A DNA stretch of 39,971 nucleotides from a gamma proteobacterium symbiont of Lucinoma myriamae (GCA_025655635.1 JAHXIM010000086.1:1-39971), one strand, 5' to 3'. Positions 9,866 to 24,280 are shown, numbered from the stretch's first letter. Translations and numbers: made by a program. The notes: generated by a model not told the origin, from the letters alone.

Positions 9866-12800
9866 TTGAAAGATTTATTAAATCTCATAAAACAGCAAAA
9901 TCAATACGACGATTTTGACGCCATCCGTATAGGACTTGCCTCACCAGCAAAGATCAAATCATGGTCTTATGGTGAAGTAAAAAAACCAGAAACTATCAAT
10001 TATCGTACATTTAAGCCGGAAAGAGATGGTTTATTCTGTGCTAAAATTTTTGGCCCAGTTAAAGATTACGAATGCTTGTGTGGTAAATATAAGCGTCTTA
10101 AACACCGTGGTGTTATATGTGAAAAATGTGGTGTAGAAGTCACACAGTCCAAGGCTCGTCGTGACCGTATGGGACACATAGATCTGGCCAGTCCGGTTGC
10201 ACATATCTGGTATCTGAAATCCCTGCCTTCGCGCATGGGTCTTATCCTTGATATGACATTACGTGATATTGAGCGAGTACTATATTTTGAAGCATTTGTC
10301 GTCATTGACCCAGGCATGACTTCCCTGGAAAAAAATCAGATTTTAACGGATGAACAATATCTGGATGCCATTGAAGAATATGGTGATGACTTTGATGCAC
10401 GTATGGGTGCAGAAGCGGTTCGTGAATTACTTAAAGCCATCAATGTACAAAAAGAAACAGTTATTATTCGTGAAGACATGGCGGGTACAGAATCAGAAAC
10501 CAAACTGAAAAAATTCAGTAAGCGTCTGAAGTTAATGGAAGCGTTTCAAGAATCCAATAACAAGCCGGAATGGATGGTAATGACAATCCTACCCGTTCTG
10601 CCACCTGATTTACGTCCATTGGTACCACTTGAAGGTGGACGCTTTGCGACATCAGATCTGAATGATTTATATCGCCGTGTGATTAATCGTAATAATCGTT
10701 TAAAACGTTTACTGGAACTTAATGCGCCAGATATCATCGTACGTAACGAAAAGCGTATGCTGCAGGAATCGGTCGATGCCTTATTAGATAATGGTCGTCG
10801 TGGACGAGCAATTACCGGTTCAAATAAACGCCCATTGAAATCTTTAGCGGATATGATTAAAGGTAAGCAAGGTCGTTTCCGTCAAAACTTACTGGGTAAA
10901 CGTGTTGATTACTCTGGTCGTTCAGTTATCGTAGTTGGTCCTACCTTGCGTCTGCACCAATGTGGTTTACCTAAGAAAATGGCACTGGAATTATTCAAAC
11001 CATTTATTTTTAGTAAATTAGAATTACGCGGCCTGGCAACAACCATTAAAGCTGCCAAGAAAATGGTAGAACGTGAAGGTCCGGAAGTCTGGGATATTCT
11101 TGAAGAAGTGATTCGCGAACATCCAATCATGCTTAACCGTGCGCCAACACTTCACCGTTTGGGTATTCAGGCATTTGAACCAGTACTGATTGAAGGTAAA
11201 GCCATTCAATTACATCCATTAGTCTGTACGGCATTTAATGCTGACTTTGACGGTGACCAGATGGCTGTTCATATTCCACTTTCCATTGAAGCACAGCTTG
11301 AAGCTCGTTCTCTGATGATGGCAACCAATAATATTCTATCACCAGCGAATGGTGAGCCTATTATTGTACCTTCCCAGGACGTGGTACTGGGTCTGTATTA
11401 TATGACTCGTGAACTCATCAATAGTCAGGGTGAGGGCATGATGTTTGCCGATCAGATGGAAGCTGAACGTGCCTACGAAACCGGCAATGCAGTTTTACAC
11501 GCAAAAGTTAAGTCAAGAATTACCGAGTCTGTTGAAAATGAAGATGGTGAGATAGTAGAACAAACTCGTGTTGTCGATACCACAGTTGGTCGTACCATTT
11601 TATCTAAAATCCTGCCTCCAGGTTTATCTTTTGACCTGCTGAATAAAGATTTATCTAAGAAAGCAATTTCAGGCCTGATTAATGCCTGTTATCGTAAAGT
11701 CGGCTTAAAAGAAACGGTTATATTTGCTGATCAGCTAATGTATACCGGTTTTGCTTATGCTGCTCGTTCAGGTGCATCATTCGGTGTGAATGATATGGTG
11801 ATTCCGGAAGAAAAATACACGATTATCGATGGTGCCGAAAAAGAAGTTCAGGAAATTCAGGAACAATATGAATCTGGACTGGTTACTAACGGTGAACGTT
11901 ACAATAAAGTCATTGATATCTGGTCGCATGCTAATGAGCATGTTGCTAAATCTATGATGGATAATCTGGAAACAGATTCCATTAAAATTGATTATGTACC
12001 GACATCGACTATATCTGGTAAACCATTAAAAGATATTGTCCCTGATGAGCTTAAAGATTCAATACCAGAAAAAGGTGATGTCATTAAACAGACTTCATTT
12101 AACTCAGTTTATATGATGGCTGACTCTGGTGCTCGTGGTAGTGCTGCACAGATTAGACAGTTATCAGGAATGCGCGGCTTGATGGCAAAACCGGATGGTT
12201 CCATTATTGAAACACCTATTACTGCAAACTTCCGTGAAGGTTTAAGCGTACTTCAATACTTTATTTCTACTCATGGTGCTCGTAAAGGTCTGGCGGATAC
12301 GGCACTTAAAACGGCTAACTCAGGTTACCTGACACGTCGTCTAGTCGATGCATCTCAGGATTTAGTGGTCGTTGAAGATGACTGCGGCACTGAAGATGGT
12401 GTTATGGTTCAGTCACTTATTGAAGGTGGTGATGTTGTTGAACCGCTGCGTGAAAGAGTATTAGGTCGAATTGTCGCTGAAGACGTAATTAAAGCCAATA
12501 GTAATAAGGTTATTGTTCCTAAGGGGATCTTACTTGATGAAGCATGGTGTGACAAACTGGAAGAGTTGAATATCGACCACATGAAAGTGCGTTCACCCAT
12601 TGCTTGTGAAACGCGTCATGGTATTTGTGCCGCCTGTTATGGCCGCGACCTGGCACGTGGACATATTGTTAATATGGGTGAAGCAGTCGGAGTTATTGCT
12701 GCTCAGTCAATTGGTGAGCCAGGAACACAGTTAACCATGCGTACCTTCCATATTGGTGGTGCGGCATCACGTGCAGCTTCGGTTAATAGTATCGAAATTA

Positions 12801-14119
12801 AATCAACAGGTTTAGTTAGATTACATAATATTAAGACCGTGCTTCAAGTTTCATCAGGTAATAATATTGCGGTTTCCCGTTCAGGTGAATTGACAGTGGT
12901 TGATAGTCATGGACGTGAGCGTGAACGCTATAAAGTACCTTATGGTGCATCTTTATCTGTATCCGATGGTTCTGAAGCAAATGGTGGTGATGTCGTCGCT
13001 AACTGGGACCCTCATACCCATCCTGTTATTACAGAAGTAGCGGGTGTGGTGCGTTTTATTGACTTTATTGAAGGTGTTACTGTTAGTAAAGAAACCGATA
13101 ATATTACCGGCTTAAGTTCGTTAGTGGTTATTGATCCTAAGCAACGTGCCGGCAGTGCTAAAGATTTACGTCCAATGGTGAAGTTATTGGATACCGATGG
13201 TAATGAGTTGAATATTGTCGGTACTGATATTCCAGCACAGTATGCACTGCCAGCAGGCGCGATTGTAAACCATAGCGATGGTGATAGTGTGGGTGTTGGT
13301 GATGCGGTTGCTCGTATTCCTCAGGAATCATCAAAGACTAAAGATATTACTGGTGGTCTGCCTCGTGTTGCTGATTTATTTGAAGCAAGAAAACCAAAAG
13401 AGCCATCCATTCTGGCTGAAATATCCGGAGTCGTCAGTTTTGGTAAAGAGACCAAAGGTAAACAGCGTCTGGTCATTACACCTAAAGAAGGCAAGCATTA
13501 TGAAGAACTGCTGCCTAAGTGGCGACATATTAATGTCTTTGAAGGTGAGCACGTAGAAAAGGGTGAAGTCATATCTGATGGTGCAACGAATCCTCATGAC
13601 ATCTTACGTTTAAAAGGTGAACAGGAACTGACCAACTATATTGTTAATGAAGTTCAGGAAGTTTACCGTCTGCAGGGCGTAAAAATCAATGACAAGCACA
13701 TTGAAGTTATTGTTCGTCAGATGATTAAACGTGCAGAAATTAAAGATTCAGGCGATACAAGGTTCATTAAAGGTGAACAGGTAGAATACTCAGCGATTGT
13801 TGAAGAAAATTTACGTATGGAAAAAGAAGGCAAAATGCCTACCACCTTCCAGCGTTTATTACTGGGTATTACTAAAACATCTTTAGCAACAGAATCCTTT
13901 ATTTCTGCTGCATCATTCCAGGAAACGACTCGCGTACTGACGGAAGCTTCAGTGAGTGGCAAAATGGATGATCTGCGTGGTTTGAAAGAAAACGTGATTG
14001 TTGGTCGTTTGATCCCGGCAGGAACGGGTTTGACTTACCATAAAGAGCGTCGCAAACGTCGCGAGAAAGATAAAGAGCGTTATCAGCTTAAAGCTGAATT
14101 AAGCAATTTAGATAGCTAG
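9866..14119 (+). CDS. rpoC: DNA-directed RNA polymerase subunit beta'
   Basis: TTG start with GAGGA SD; [10 protein letters not shown] catalytic motif, zinc-binding CLCGKY/CEKC. Confidence 0.99.
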   Translation: MKDLLNLIKQQNQYDDFDAIRIGLASPAKIKSWSYGEVKKPETINYRTFKPERDGLFCAKIFGPVKDYECLCGKYKRLKHRGVICEKCGVEVTQSKARRDRMGHIDLASPVAHIWYLKSLPSRMGLILDMTLRDIERVLYFEAFVVIDPGMTSLEKNQILTDEQYLDAIEEYGDDFDARMGAEAVRELLKAINVQKETVIIREDMAGTESETKLKKFSKRLKLMEAFQESNNKPEWMVMTILPVLPPDLRPLVPLEGGRFATSDLNDLYRRVINRNNRLKRLLELNAPDIIVRNEKRMLQESVDALLDNGRRGRAITGSNKRPLKSLADMIKGKQGRFRQNLLGKRVDYSGRSVIVVGPTLRLHQCGLPKKMALELFKPFIFSKLELRGLATTIKAAKKMVEREGPEVWDILEEVIREHPIMLNRAPTLHRLGIQAFEPVLIEGKAIQLHPLVCTAFNADFDGDQMAVHIPLSIEAQLEARSLMMATNNILSPANGEPIIVPSQDVVLGLYYMTRELINSQGEGMMFADQMEAERAYETGNAVLHAKVKSRITESVENEDGEIVEQTRVVDTTVGRTILSKILPPGLSFDLLNKDLSKKAISGLINACYRKVGLKETVIFADQLMYTGFAYAARSGASFGVNDMVIPEEKYTIIDGAEKEVQEIQEQYESGLVTNGERYNKVIDIWSHANEHVAKSMMDNLETDSIKIDYVPTSTISGKPLKDIVPDELKDSIPEKGDVIKQTSFNSVYMMADSGARGSAAQIRQLSGMRGLMAKPDGSIIETPITANFREGLSVLQYFISTHGARKGLADTALKTANSGYLTRRLVDASQDLVVVEDDCGTEDGVMVQSLIEGGDVVEPLRERVLGRIVAEDVIKANSNKVIVPKGILLDEAWCDKLEELNIDHMKVRSPIACETRHGICAACYGRDLARGHIVNMGEAVGVIAAQSIGEPGTQLTMRTFHIGGAASRAASVNSIEIKSTGLVRLHNIKTVLQVSSGNNIAVSRSGELTVVDSHGRERERYKVPYGASLSVSDGSEANGGDVVANWDPHTHPVITEVAGVVRFIDFIEGVTVSKETDNITGLSSLVVIDPKQRAGSAKDLRPMVKLLDTDGNELNIVGTDIPAQYALPAGAIVNHSDGDSVGVGDAVARIPQESSKTKDITGGLPRVADLFEARKPKEPSILAEISGVVSFGKETKGKQRLVITPKEGKHYEELLPKWRHINVFEGEHVEKGEVISDGATNPHDILRLKGEQELTNYIVNEVQEVYRLQGVKINDKHIEVIVRQMIKRAEIKDSGDTRFIKGEQVEYSAIVEENLRMEKEGKMPTTFQRLLLGITKTSLATESFISAASFQETTRVLTEASVSGKMDDLRGLKENVIVGRLIPAGTGLTYHKERRKRREKDKERYQLKAELSNLDS

Positions 14120-14208
14120 ACTTCTGAAAAAAGCTATCTGCTATTTTGGGTTAGTTACGTTATTCTGTGTCAGTAAAAGATGAAGATAACGAAACTATGC
14201 CCTAAAAC

Positions 14209-14237
14209 TTGACAAATAAAGTCTAAGTGTTTATATT
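14209..14237 (+). promoter_or_regulatory. Sigma70 promoter of the str operon
   Basis: TTGACA (14209-14214)-17 nt-TATATT (14232-14237). Confidence 0.8.
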
Positions 14238-14300
14238 TGTCGGCCTTTGCAGGCTGGGGTGTTCCCAGCCTGTTGTTTATTGTGTGGAGAAAAAAAGTTT

Positions 14301-14672
14301 ATGGCAACTACCAACCAATTGGTACGTAAACCACGTAAACGCCAAGTAACCAAGAGTAATGTGCCCGCACTGCAGGCTTGTCCTCAGCGTCGTGGTGTTT
14401 GTACTCGTGTTTACACAACAACACCAAAAAAACCTAACTCAGCATTACGTAAAGTAGCGCGTGTTCGTCTAACAAGTGGCTTTGAAGTTTCTACCTATAT
14501 CGGTGGTGAAGGTCATAACTTGCAGGAACATAGTGTTATCTTAATCCGTGGTGGTCGTGTTAAAGATTTACCTGGTGTTCGTTATCATACGGTACGTGGA
14601 ACTTTAGATACAGCTGGTGTTGATGATCGTCGTCAAGGACGCTCAAAATACGGTACTAAACGTCCAAAATAA
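14301..14672 (+). CDS. rpsL: 30S ribosomal protein S12
   Basis: Start corrected to ATG 14301; [22 protein letters not shown]. Confidence 0.99.
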   Translation: MATTNQLVRKPRKRQVTKSNVPALQACPQRRGVCTRVYTTTPKKPNSALRKVARVRLTSGFEVSTYIGGEGHNLQEHSVILIRGGRVKDLPGVRYHTVRGTLDTAGVDDRRQGRSKYGTKRPK

Positions 14673-14857
14673 TACTCATCTTTATTATTTAATAGAGAGA
14701 GTGCGCATACAGGCCTGAAATGTCGATGATCCCTCGTGAATCATCTGCCAGAGACATCATCTTAGTAAAGAGACTTCATCTCGGTAAAAGACGTCACCTG
14801 TAAGTATCTTAGAATACGATACGGTTTTAAAACCGGATCAAAAATAGAAGGTAATAA

Positions 14858-15331
<474 letters not shown>

Positions 15332-15476
15332 AAAGGCTTAGTAGTGAATCGCTCATGCGATTAGCAGTATAAAGACCTGTGGCATTTTAGACATTTCTTG
15401 CAGAAAAGTCAGAAATGCCGGCAGGCAAAATTTTAATCCATTCAGACAGTAACAATCCCCGAGGTTAGTTAAGTAA

Positions 15477-17570
<2,094 letters not shown>

Positions 17571-17573
17571 TAA

Positions 17574-17673
17574 GAGCCATCAGCCAAATAAAATTTGCCG
17601 CTGTTATTTTGCTAACATATAAAAGCAAATATAATAGTGGTCAATTTCATGTTAGATGTGAGCCATCAGCCAA
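17574..17673 (+). repeat. 14-bp direct repeat GAGCCATCAGCCAA (17574-17587, 17660-17673) flanking an imperfect hairpin
   Basis: Exact 14-mer seen twice, 86 bp apart. Confidence 0.85.
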
Positions 17674-17702
17674 TTAAATAAGAGTTGTATTCTATTGTCG
17701 AC

Positions 17703-17748
17703 AAAAAAACAGTTGACAAACAGGTGTAAAAACTAGAGTATAGCGCTC
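17703..17748 (+). promoter_or_regulatory. Putative internal sigma70 promoter for tuf-S10
   Basis: A-tract, TTGACA (17713-17718), 17 nt, GAGTAT (keeps A-11 and T-7), GC-rich discriminator AGCGCTC. Confidence 0.6.
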
Positions 17749-17945
17749 AGAAAATAACCATAACATTTCAATAGTTAATTATTGGAATGTAAACAATTTG
17801 TGTAATGAGTGTGACCACGTAACTAAACATGTAAAAAATATTGTGTTGAAAATCGCAAAATATTTTTTCAGCTTGAGTTAATAGTAGTCAATGTAAATAT
17901 TAGTTTAAATAGTAATTTAAACAAAACAAAGTTCAGGATAAAACC

Positions 17946-19136
17946 ATGTCTAAAGAAAAGTTTGAACGTACAAAACCCCATGTCAACGTAGGTACAATTG
18001 GTCACGTTGATCATGGTAAAACTACATTAACAGCTGCTATTACAAAATGTATGGCCGAAATACACGGTGGTGAAACCCGTGCATTTGATCAGATTGACTC
18101 AGCACCAGAAGAAAAAGCCCGTGGTATCACCATTGCCACTTCACACGTTGAATATGAATCAGATGTTCGTCACTACGCGCACGTAGACTGCCCAGGACAC
18201 GCCGATTATGTTAAAAACATGATCACTGGTGCTGCTCAGATGGATGGTGCGATACTCGTATGTAGCGCAGCAGACGGCCCAATGCCACAAACTCGTGAGC
18301 ACATCTTATTATCTCGTCAGGTTGGTGTTCCTTATATTCTTGTTTACATGAATAAAGCGGACATGGTTGATGACGAAGAACTCATCGAACTGGTCGAAAT
18401 GGAAATCCGTGAATTACTGGATGCCTACGACTTCCCAGGTGATGATACGCCAATTATTGTTGGTTCAGCACTGAAAGCCCTTGAAGGCGACACCAGTGAT
18501 ATCGGTATTCCTTCAATCGTTAAGCTTGTAGAAGCCATGGATACTTACATTCCAGAGCCTGTGCGTGCCATTGACGGTGACTTCATTATGCCGGTTGAAG
18601 ACGTATTCTCAATCTCAGGTCGTGGTACTGTGGTAACAGGACGTATTGAGCGCGGTGTCGTTAAAGTCGGTGAAGAAATCGAAATTATCGGTATCAAAGA
18701 CACTCAGACTACTACCTGTACGGGTGTTGAAATGTTCCGTAAACTGCTTGACCAAGGTCAGGCGGGTGACAACGTTGGTGTTCTTCTACGTGGTGTTAAG
18801 CGTGAAGACGTTGAACGTGGTCAGGTACTTGCTAAGCCAGGTTCCATCACACCTCACACTATCTTCGAAGCAGAAGTTTATGTACTGAGCAAAGAAGAGG
18901 GTGGTCGTCATACGCCTTTCTTCAAAGGCTATCGTCCACAGTTCTACTTCCGTACCACTGACGTAACCGGCGCATGTGAATTACCAGAAGGCGTAGAAAT
19001 GGTTATGCCAGGTGATAACGTACAGATGGTTGTGACTTTGATTGCCCCAATCGCGATGGAAGACGGTTTACGTTTTGCGATTCGTGAAGGTGGTCGTACA
19101 GTTGGTGCTGGTGTTGTTGCTAAGGTCATTGAATAA
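17946..19136 (+). CDS. tuf: Elongation factor Tu (tufA-position copy)
   Basis: Protein identical to 231-1421; follows fusA. Confidence 0.99.
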   Translation: MSKEKFERTKPHVNVGTIGHVDHGKTTLTAAITKCMAEIHGGETRAFDQIDSAPEEKARGITIATSHVEYESDVRHYAHVDCPGHADYVKNMITGAAQMDGAILVCSAADGPMPQTREHILLSRQVGVPYILVYMNKADMVDDEELIELVEMEIRELLDAYDFPGDDTPIIVGSALKALEGDTSDIGIPSIVKLVEAMDTYIPEPVRAIDGDFIMPVEDVFSISGRGTVVTGRIERGVVKVGEEIEIIGIKDTQTTTCTGVEMFRKLLDQGQAGDNVGVLLRGVKREDVERGQVLAKPGSITPHTIFEAEVYVLSKEEGGRHTPFFKGYRPQFYFRTTDVTGACELPEGVEMVMPGDNVQMVVTLIAPIAMEDGLRFAIREGGRTVGAGVVAKVIE

Positions 19137-19267
19137 AAGACTGAATAAGCAAGCTACGCCATTGGACGAGTCAAAAAATTCGTCAATGATAAATCTCTGC
19201 TGCTAAGACATAAAGCAGCAGCAGAGATGCAATAAAGAATCAGTTAAAAATTGTACAGGACAAAAAT

Positions 19268-19585
19268 ATGTCAACAGAAGATCAAACTATCCGTATTCAC
19301 TTAAAAGCATTTGATTACCGTTTAATCGATATCAGTGCTAAAGAGATTGTAGAAACAGCCAAGCGTACAGGCGCACAGGTTAGAGGTCCGATTCCTTTAC
19401 CAACTCGCAAAGAGCGCTTCAATGTTTTGACTTCACCACATGTTAATAAAGATGCTCGTGACCAATATGAATTACGCACTTATAAGCGTTTAATGGATAT
19501 TGTAAAGCCTACAGATAAGACCGTAGATGCGTTAATGAAGCTGGATCTTGCAGCAGGTGTTGATGTTCAGATTAAATTGAACTAA
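19268..19585 (+). CDS. rpsJ: 30S ribosomal protein S10
   Basis: [20 protein letters not shown]. Confidence 0.99.
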   Translation: MSTEDQTIRIHLKAFDYRLIDISAKEIVETAKRTGAQVRGPIPLPTRKERFNVLTSPHVNKDARDQYELRTYKRLMDIVKPTDKTVDALMKLDLAAGVDVQIKLN

Positions 19586-19859
19586 AATACTGCCTCTTGT
19601 ATTTTTGATCGAGACGAATCAAATAAACTGAAATAAAATTAACTATTTAAAAACAATAAGTTAATATTTTTAGATTGGTTCGTTTTGTTTTAGCTTTATC
19701 TGACTCTTCAATTTGAAGAGTTTTCTGTCTTTAAGAATGTAAAAAGATAAAGTAATTTTGTTAATTAAAGCTGAGTATAGATCAACCGAAATCTATACCA
19801 AATTGTATTTTGCTATATTAATCAAAGAATATTAATAGCGAATTGCAGAGGAAATTAAA

Positions 19860-20492
19860 ATGAGTTTAGGTTTAGTAGGCCGTAAAGTGGGTATGACCCG
19901 TATCTTTACGGAGCAGGGAGAGTCTATCCCTGTCACAGTACTTGAAATGGAACCTAATCGTGTAACACAGGTTAAAACCAGTGCTACCGATGGTTACAAT
20001 GCAATTCAGGTTACCGTAGGAACCCGTCGCGCTTCGCGCGTCACAAAAGCTGCTGCAGGTCATTTTGCCAAAGCAGGTGTTGAAGCAGGTCGTAAAACAG
20101 TTGAGTTTCGTCTCGATGAAGAAACAGAACTGACAGCGGGTTCCGAGATTAAAGCAGATATCTTTGCAGAAGGTCAGATCGTTGATGTGACTGGTACTTC
20201 AATTGGTAAAGGCTTCCAGGGCGGTATTAAGCGTCACAACTTCCATCGCCAGGATATGACTCACGGTAACTCGATCTCTCACCGTTCAAATGGTTCAATT
20301 GGTCAGAACCAAACTCCAGGTCGCGTATTTAAAGGTAAGAAAATGTCTGGTCATATGGGTGCTGCAAAAAGCACTGTCCAGAATATTCAAGTAGTACGTG
20401 TCGATGTTGATAAAAATCTGATTTTAGTTCGAGGTGGTGTACCTGGTTCTAAGAATTCTGATGTTATCATTAAGCCTGCTGTTAAAGCTTAA
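19860..20492 (+). CDS. rplC: 50S ribosomal protein L3
   Basis: [28 protein letters not shown]. Confidence 0.99.
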   Translation: MSLGLVGRKVGMTRIFTEQGESIPVTVLEMEPNRVTQVKTSATDGYNAIQVTVGTRRASRVTKAAAGHFAKAGVEAGRKTVEFRLDEETELTAGSEIKADIFAEGQIVDVTGTSIGKGFQGGIKRHNFHRQDMTHGNSISHRSNGSIGQNQTPGRVFKGKKMSGHMGAAKSTVQNIQVVRVDVDKNLILVRGGVPGSKNSDVIIKPAVKA

Positions 20493-20506
20493 TAGAGGAT
20501 ATTTAA

Positions 20507-21127
20507 ATGGAACTGAATTTAACAACAGCTTCAGGTAATGCCTCTAAAAAGACGGTAGAACTATCTGAAGAAACTTTCAATAAAGATTTCAATGAAGCAT
20601 TGATTCATCAAGTTGTCACCGCTTATATGGCTGGTGGTCGTGCTGGAACTAAAGCTCAGAAAAATCGCTCTGCAGTGAGCGGCGGTGGTGCTAAACCATG
20701 GCGCCAAAAAGGAACAGGCCGTGCCCGTTCCGGTACTATTCGCAGCCCAATCTGGCGCAGCGGTGGTACAACATTCGCAGCAAGCAATCGTGATTTTTCA
20801 CAAAAAGTAAACCGTAAGATGTATCGCAGTGCGATGACATCTATTGTTTCAGAACTGGTTCGTCAGGAACGTCTGGTTATTTTATCTGAGTTAAAGATGG
20901 ATGGCCCTAAGACTAAAGAACTGGCAGACACACTGAAAGCTTTAGATTGTCAAAATGCACTTATCGTTACTCAGGATTTTGATCAAAATATTTATCTTTC
21001 ATCAAGAAACCTGATAAACATCGAATACACTGATGCACAGCATGTCAATCCAGTTAATCTGGTTCGCTACGATAAAGTAATTATGACCGCTGATGCAGTT
21101 AAGAAAGTTGAGGAGATGCTCAAATGA
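20507..21127 (+). CDS. rplD: 50S ribosomal protein L4
   Basis: [14 protein letters not shown]. Confidence 0.99.
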   Translation: MELNLTTASGNASKKTVELSEETFNKDFNEALIHQVVTAYMAGGRAGTKAQKNRSAVSGGGAKPWRQKGTGRARSGTIRSPIWRSGGTTFAASNRDFSQKVNRKMYRSAMTSIVSELVRQERLVILSELKMDGPKTKELADTLKALDCQNALIVTQDFDQNIYLSSRNLINIEYTDAQHVNPVNLVRYDKVIMTADAVKKVEEMLK

Positions 21128-21420
21128 ATCAGGAACGTATCTTCAACGTATTAGTTGCACCGCATGTCTCTGAAAAAAGTGCATTAAATGCTGAATACAA
21201 TAATCAATATGTATTTAAAGTAGCAATTGATGCCAAAAAACCAGAAATTAAAAAAGCGGTAGAAAGTGTTTTTGATGTAACAGTATCAAAAGTACAAACA
21301 AGCATTGCAAAAGGTAAAGCAAAACGTTTTGGCCAGAAAATGGGTCGTCGTAAAGACTGGAAAAAAGCGTATGTAACCTTAGCAGAAGGTTCAACCATTG
21401 AAATGATGTCGGGCGAATAG
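21124..21420 (+). CDS. rplW: 50S ribosomal protein L23
   Basis: [15 protein letters not shown]; ATGA overlap with rplD. Confidence 0.98.
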   Translation: MNQERIFNVLVAPHVSEKSALNAEYNNQYVFKVAIDAKKPEIKKAVESVFDVTVSKVQTSIAKGKAKRFGQKMGRRKDWKKAYVTLAEGSTIEMMSGE

Positions 21421-21446
21421 CCGGGCTAAAGTTGAGGTAAATAGAA

Positions 21447-22274
21447 ATGGCTGTATTAAAAAGCAAACCAACTTCAGCAGGGCGTCGTTTTGTAGTTCGC
21501 ATTCAAACCGAAGGCCTTCATAAAGGCTCAGGTCATGCGCCTTTGCTAGCTAAGAAGTCAAAATCAGGTGGTCGTAACAATAATGGTCGTATCACTACGC
21601 GCCATATTGGTGGTGGTCACAAACAGCACTATCGTGTTGTTGATTTTAAACGAAATAAAGATGGCATCCCGGGTAAAGTAGAGCGCCTGGAATACGATCC
21701 GAATAGAACGGCTCACCTTGCATTAATATTATATGCAGATGGTGAACGTCGTTATATTATCGCACCTAAAGGGGTATCAGAAGGTACGCCGATCATGTCA
21801 GGTGCAGAGTCTGATATTAAACCTGGAAATGCCATGCAATTGCGTGATATTCCCGTCGGTTCAACCGTTCATTGTATTGAAATGAAGCCGGGCAAAGGTG
21901 CGCAAATTGCACGTAGCGCCGGTACTTCAGCACAATTGGTTGCCCGTGAAGGTTCCTACGTATCTGTTCGTTTACGTTCAGGTGAAATGCGTAAGATCCA
22001 CGTTGACTGTAAAGCAACAATTGGTGAAGTCAGTAACTCAGAACATAGTCTACGTAAACTCGGTAAAGCGGGAGCGACACGTTGGAAAGGTATTCGTCCA
22101 ACGGTTCGCGGTGTTGCTATGAACCCGGTTGATCACCCTCATGGTGGTGGTGAAGGTCGTACATCAGGAGGCCGTCATCCGGTATCTCCATGGGGTACTC
22201 CTACTAAGGGTTATAAGACACGTAGTAATAAACGAACTGATAAGTTTATTGTACGTCGTCGTAACAAAAAATAA
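21447..22274 (+). CDS. rplB: 50S ribosomal protein L2
   Basis: [23 protein letters not shown]. Confidence 0.99.
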   Translation: MAVLKSKPTSAGRRFVVRIQTEGLHKGSGHAPLLAKKSKSGGRNNNGRITTRHIGGGHKQHYRVVDFKRNKDGIPGKVERLEYDPNRTAHLALILYADGERRYIIAPKGVSEGTPIMSGAESDIKPGNAMQLRDIPVGSTVHCIEMKPGKGAQIARSAGTSAQLVAREGSYVSVRLRSGEMRKIHVDCKATIGEVSNSEHSLRKLGKAGATRWKGIRPTVRGVAMNPVDHPHGGGEGRTSGGRHPVSPWGTPTKGYKTRSNKRTDKFIVRRRNKK

Positions 22275-22296
22275 TCGTTATTAAGGAGTATTAATA

Positions 22297-22569
22297 GTGC
22301 CACGTTCAATTAAAAAAGGTCCATTTATTGATGGACACTTAATGAAAAAGGTACACACTGCTGTTGAGAACAACGATCGTAAGCCGGTTAAAACCTGGTC
22401 ACGACGTTCAATGGTAATGCCAGAAATGGTTGGTTTGACTATCGCTGTACACAACGGTCGTCAGCACGTACCTGTATTAATTAATGAAAATATGGTTGGT
22501 CACAAACTAGGTGAAATGGTTCCTACCAGAACCTATAGAGGCCACGTTGCAGACAAGAAGGTTAGGTAA
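22297..22569 (+). CDS. rpsS: 30S ribosomal protein S19
   Basis: GTG start; [22 protein letters not shown]. Confidence 0.99.
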   Translation: MPRSIKKGPFIDGHLMKKVHTAVENNDRKPVKTWSRRSMVMPEMVGLTIAVHNGRQHVPVLINENMVGHKLGEMVPTRTYRGHVADKKVR

Positions 22570-22574
22570 GCATT

Positions 22575-22907
22575 ATGGAAGTTTCAGCAAAATTAAGAAA
22601 TGCTATGATTTCTGCTCAAAAAATGCGCCTTGTAGCCGATCAGGTTCGCAACAAACCAGTAGAAGCAGCACTCGATCTATTAGCATACAGTCCTAAAAAA
22701 GCTGCAGTTATTATCAAGAAGGTGCTTGAATCAGCTATTGCAAACGCTGAGCACAATGAAGGTGCAGATATTGATGAGCTTAAAGTTTCAACAATATTTG
22801 TAGATGAAGGTCCTACATACAAACGTATGCAGCCTCGTGCAAAGGGTCGTGGTAATAGAATTTTAAAACGCACCAGTCACGTTGTCGTGAAAGTTAGCGA
22901 TAGATAA
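22575..22907 (+). CDS. rplV: 50S ribosomal protein L22
   Basis: [20 protein letters not shown]. Confidence 0.99.
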   Translation: MEVSAKLRNAMISAQKMRLVADQVRNKPVEAALDLLAYSPKKAAVIIKKVLESAIANAEHNEGADIDELKVSTIFVDEGPTYKRMQPRAKGRGNRILKRTSHVVVKVSDR

Positions 22908-22922
22908 TAGCGGAGCAGAATA

Positions 22923-23606
22923 ATGGGACAGAAAGTACACCCAATTGGCATTCGCCTGGGAATAATCAAGGATTGGACATCTAAATGGTACGCCAATTCT
23001 AAAGACTATGCCGATTTTTTGAATAAAGACATAGAAGTAAGACAGTTTCTGGAAAAGAAATTAGCACATGCATCTGTGAGTCGTATTCAGATTGATCGTC
23101 CAGCGCATAATGCACGAATTACTATTCACACTGCCCGTCCAGGCATTGTGATTGGTAAAAAAGGCGAAGATATTGAGAAGCTAAAGGCTGAAGTTGCCCA
23201 GATGATGGGAATTCCAGTGCATATCAATATTGAAGAAATACGTAAACCTGAAGTCGATGCTGCTCTTGTTGCGCAAAGTGTTGCACAACAATTAGAACGT
23301 CGTATCATGTTCCGTCGTGCAATGAAACGTTCAGTTACCAACGCTATGCGTTTAGGCGCTGAAGGGATTAAAATCAATGTTTCTGGTCGTTTAAACGGCG
23401 CAGAAATCGCACGAGCTGAATGGTATCGTGAAGGTCGTGTACCTTTACACACATTCCGTGCAGATATTGATTATGGCACAGCAGAAGCGAATACCACTTA
23501 CGGCATTATTGGTGTCAAAGTATGGATATTCAAAGGTGAGATACTGGATACTGAATCGTTGATGAAGGAAAAATTACTTTCCAAAAAATCAGCAGATAGT
23601 AAGTAA
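22923..23606 (+). CDS. rpsC: 30S ribosomal protein S3
   Basis: [24 protein letters not shown]. Confidence 0.99.
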   Translation: MGQKVHPIGIRLGIIKDWTSKWYANSKDYADFLNKDIEVRQFLEKKLAHASVSRIQIDRPAHNARITIHTARPGIVIGKKGEDIEKLKAEVAQMMGIPVHINIEEIRKPEVDAALVAQSVAQQLERRIMFRRAMKRSVTNAMRLGAEGIKINVSGRLNGAEIARAEWYREGRVPLHTFRADIDYGTAEANTTYGIIGVKVWIFKGEILDTESLMKEKLLSKKSADSK

Positions 23607-23665
23607 GTACTTTTAATAGTATTAGAACAGTAACTTATCCGGAACAAACAAGATAGGGTTAGACA

Positions 23666-24079
23666 ATGCTTCAACCAAAAAGAACAAAATTCCGTAAACA
23701 GATGAAAGGCCGTAACCGCGGTCTGGCTGCTAAAGGAAATAAAGTGAGTTTTGGCGAATACGGTCTAAAATCAATGTCGCGTGGTCGTTTGACCGCACGT
23801 CAGATTGAAGCCGCACGTCGTGCAATGACTCGTCATATTAAACGTGGTGGTAAAATTTGGATTCGCGTCTTTCCAGACAAGCCGATTTCAAAGAAGCCAC
23901 TTGAAGTAAGACAAGGTAAAGGTAAAGGCAACGTGGAATATTGGGTTGCACAAATCCAGCCAGGCTCAATGCTATATGAAATGGAAGGTGTCACTGAAGA
24001 GTTGGCACGTGAAGCTTTTGCATTAGCAGCGGCCAAGTTGCCTTGTGCTACATCTTTTGTTAAGCGTACGGTGATGTAA
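23666..24079 (+). CDS. rplP: 50S ribosomal protein L16
   Basis: [24 protein letters not shown]. Confidence 0.99.
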   Translation: MLQPKRTKFRKQMKGRNRGLAAKGNKVSFGEYGLKSMSRGRLTARQIEAARRAMTRHIKRGGKIWIRVFPDKPISKKPLEVRQGKGKGNVEYWVAQIQPGSMLYEMEGVTEELAREAFALAAAKLPCATSFVKRTVM

Positions 24080-24280
24080 ATGAGCAATGAAAATAAATTT
24101 AAAGCAACTGATTTGCAAGCTAAGTCACCAGAAGAGCTGACTGAAACTTTGCATGAATTGCGAAAAGAACAGTTTAATCTAAGAATGGGACAAGGCAGTG
24201 GCCAACAGGTCAAACCTCACCTTTTTAAATTGGTTAGACGTAATATTGCACGCGTAAAAACCGTTCTAAGTTCAAAGTAA
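24080..24280 (+). CDS. rpmC: 50S ribosomal protein L29
   Basis: [17 protein letters not shown]; operon position. Confidence 0.97.
   Translation: MSNENKFKATDLQAKSPEELTETLHELRKEQFNLRMGQGSGQQVKPHLFKLVRRNIARVKTVLSSK

Noticed and set aside
5643-14119. Inteins, introns or an rpoB-rpoC fusion
   Set aside because: Separate ORFs of near-normal length; the only notable insert is ~26 aa and lacks splicing motifs
14301-14672. Streptomycin-resistance sites in rpsL
   Set aside because: K42 (PKKPNS) and K87 (RVKDLPG) equivalents are wild type
17574-17673. CRISPR-like repeat-spacer-repeat
   Set aside because: Only two 14-bp copies, a 72-bp structured spacer and no cas genes; kept as a repeat finding instead
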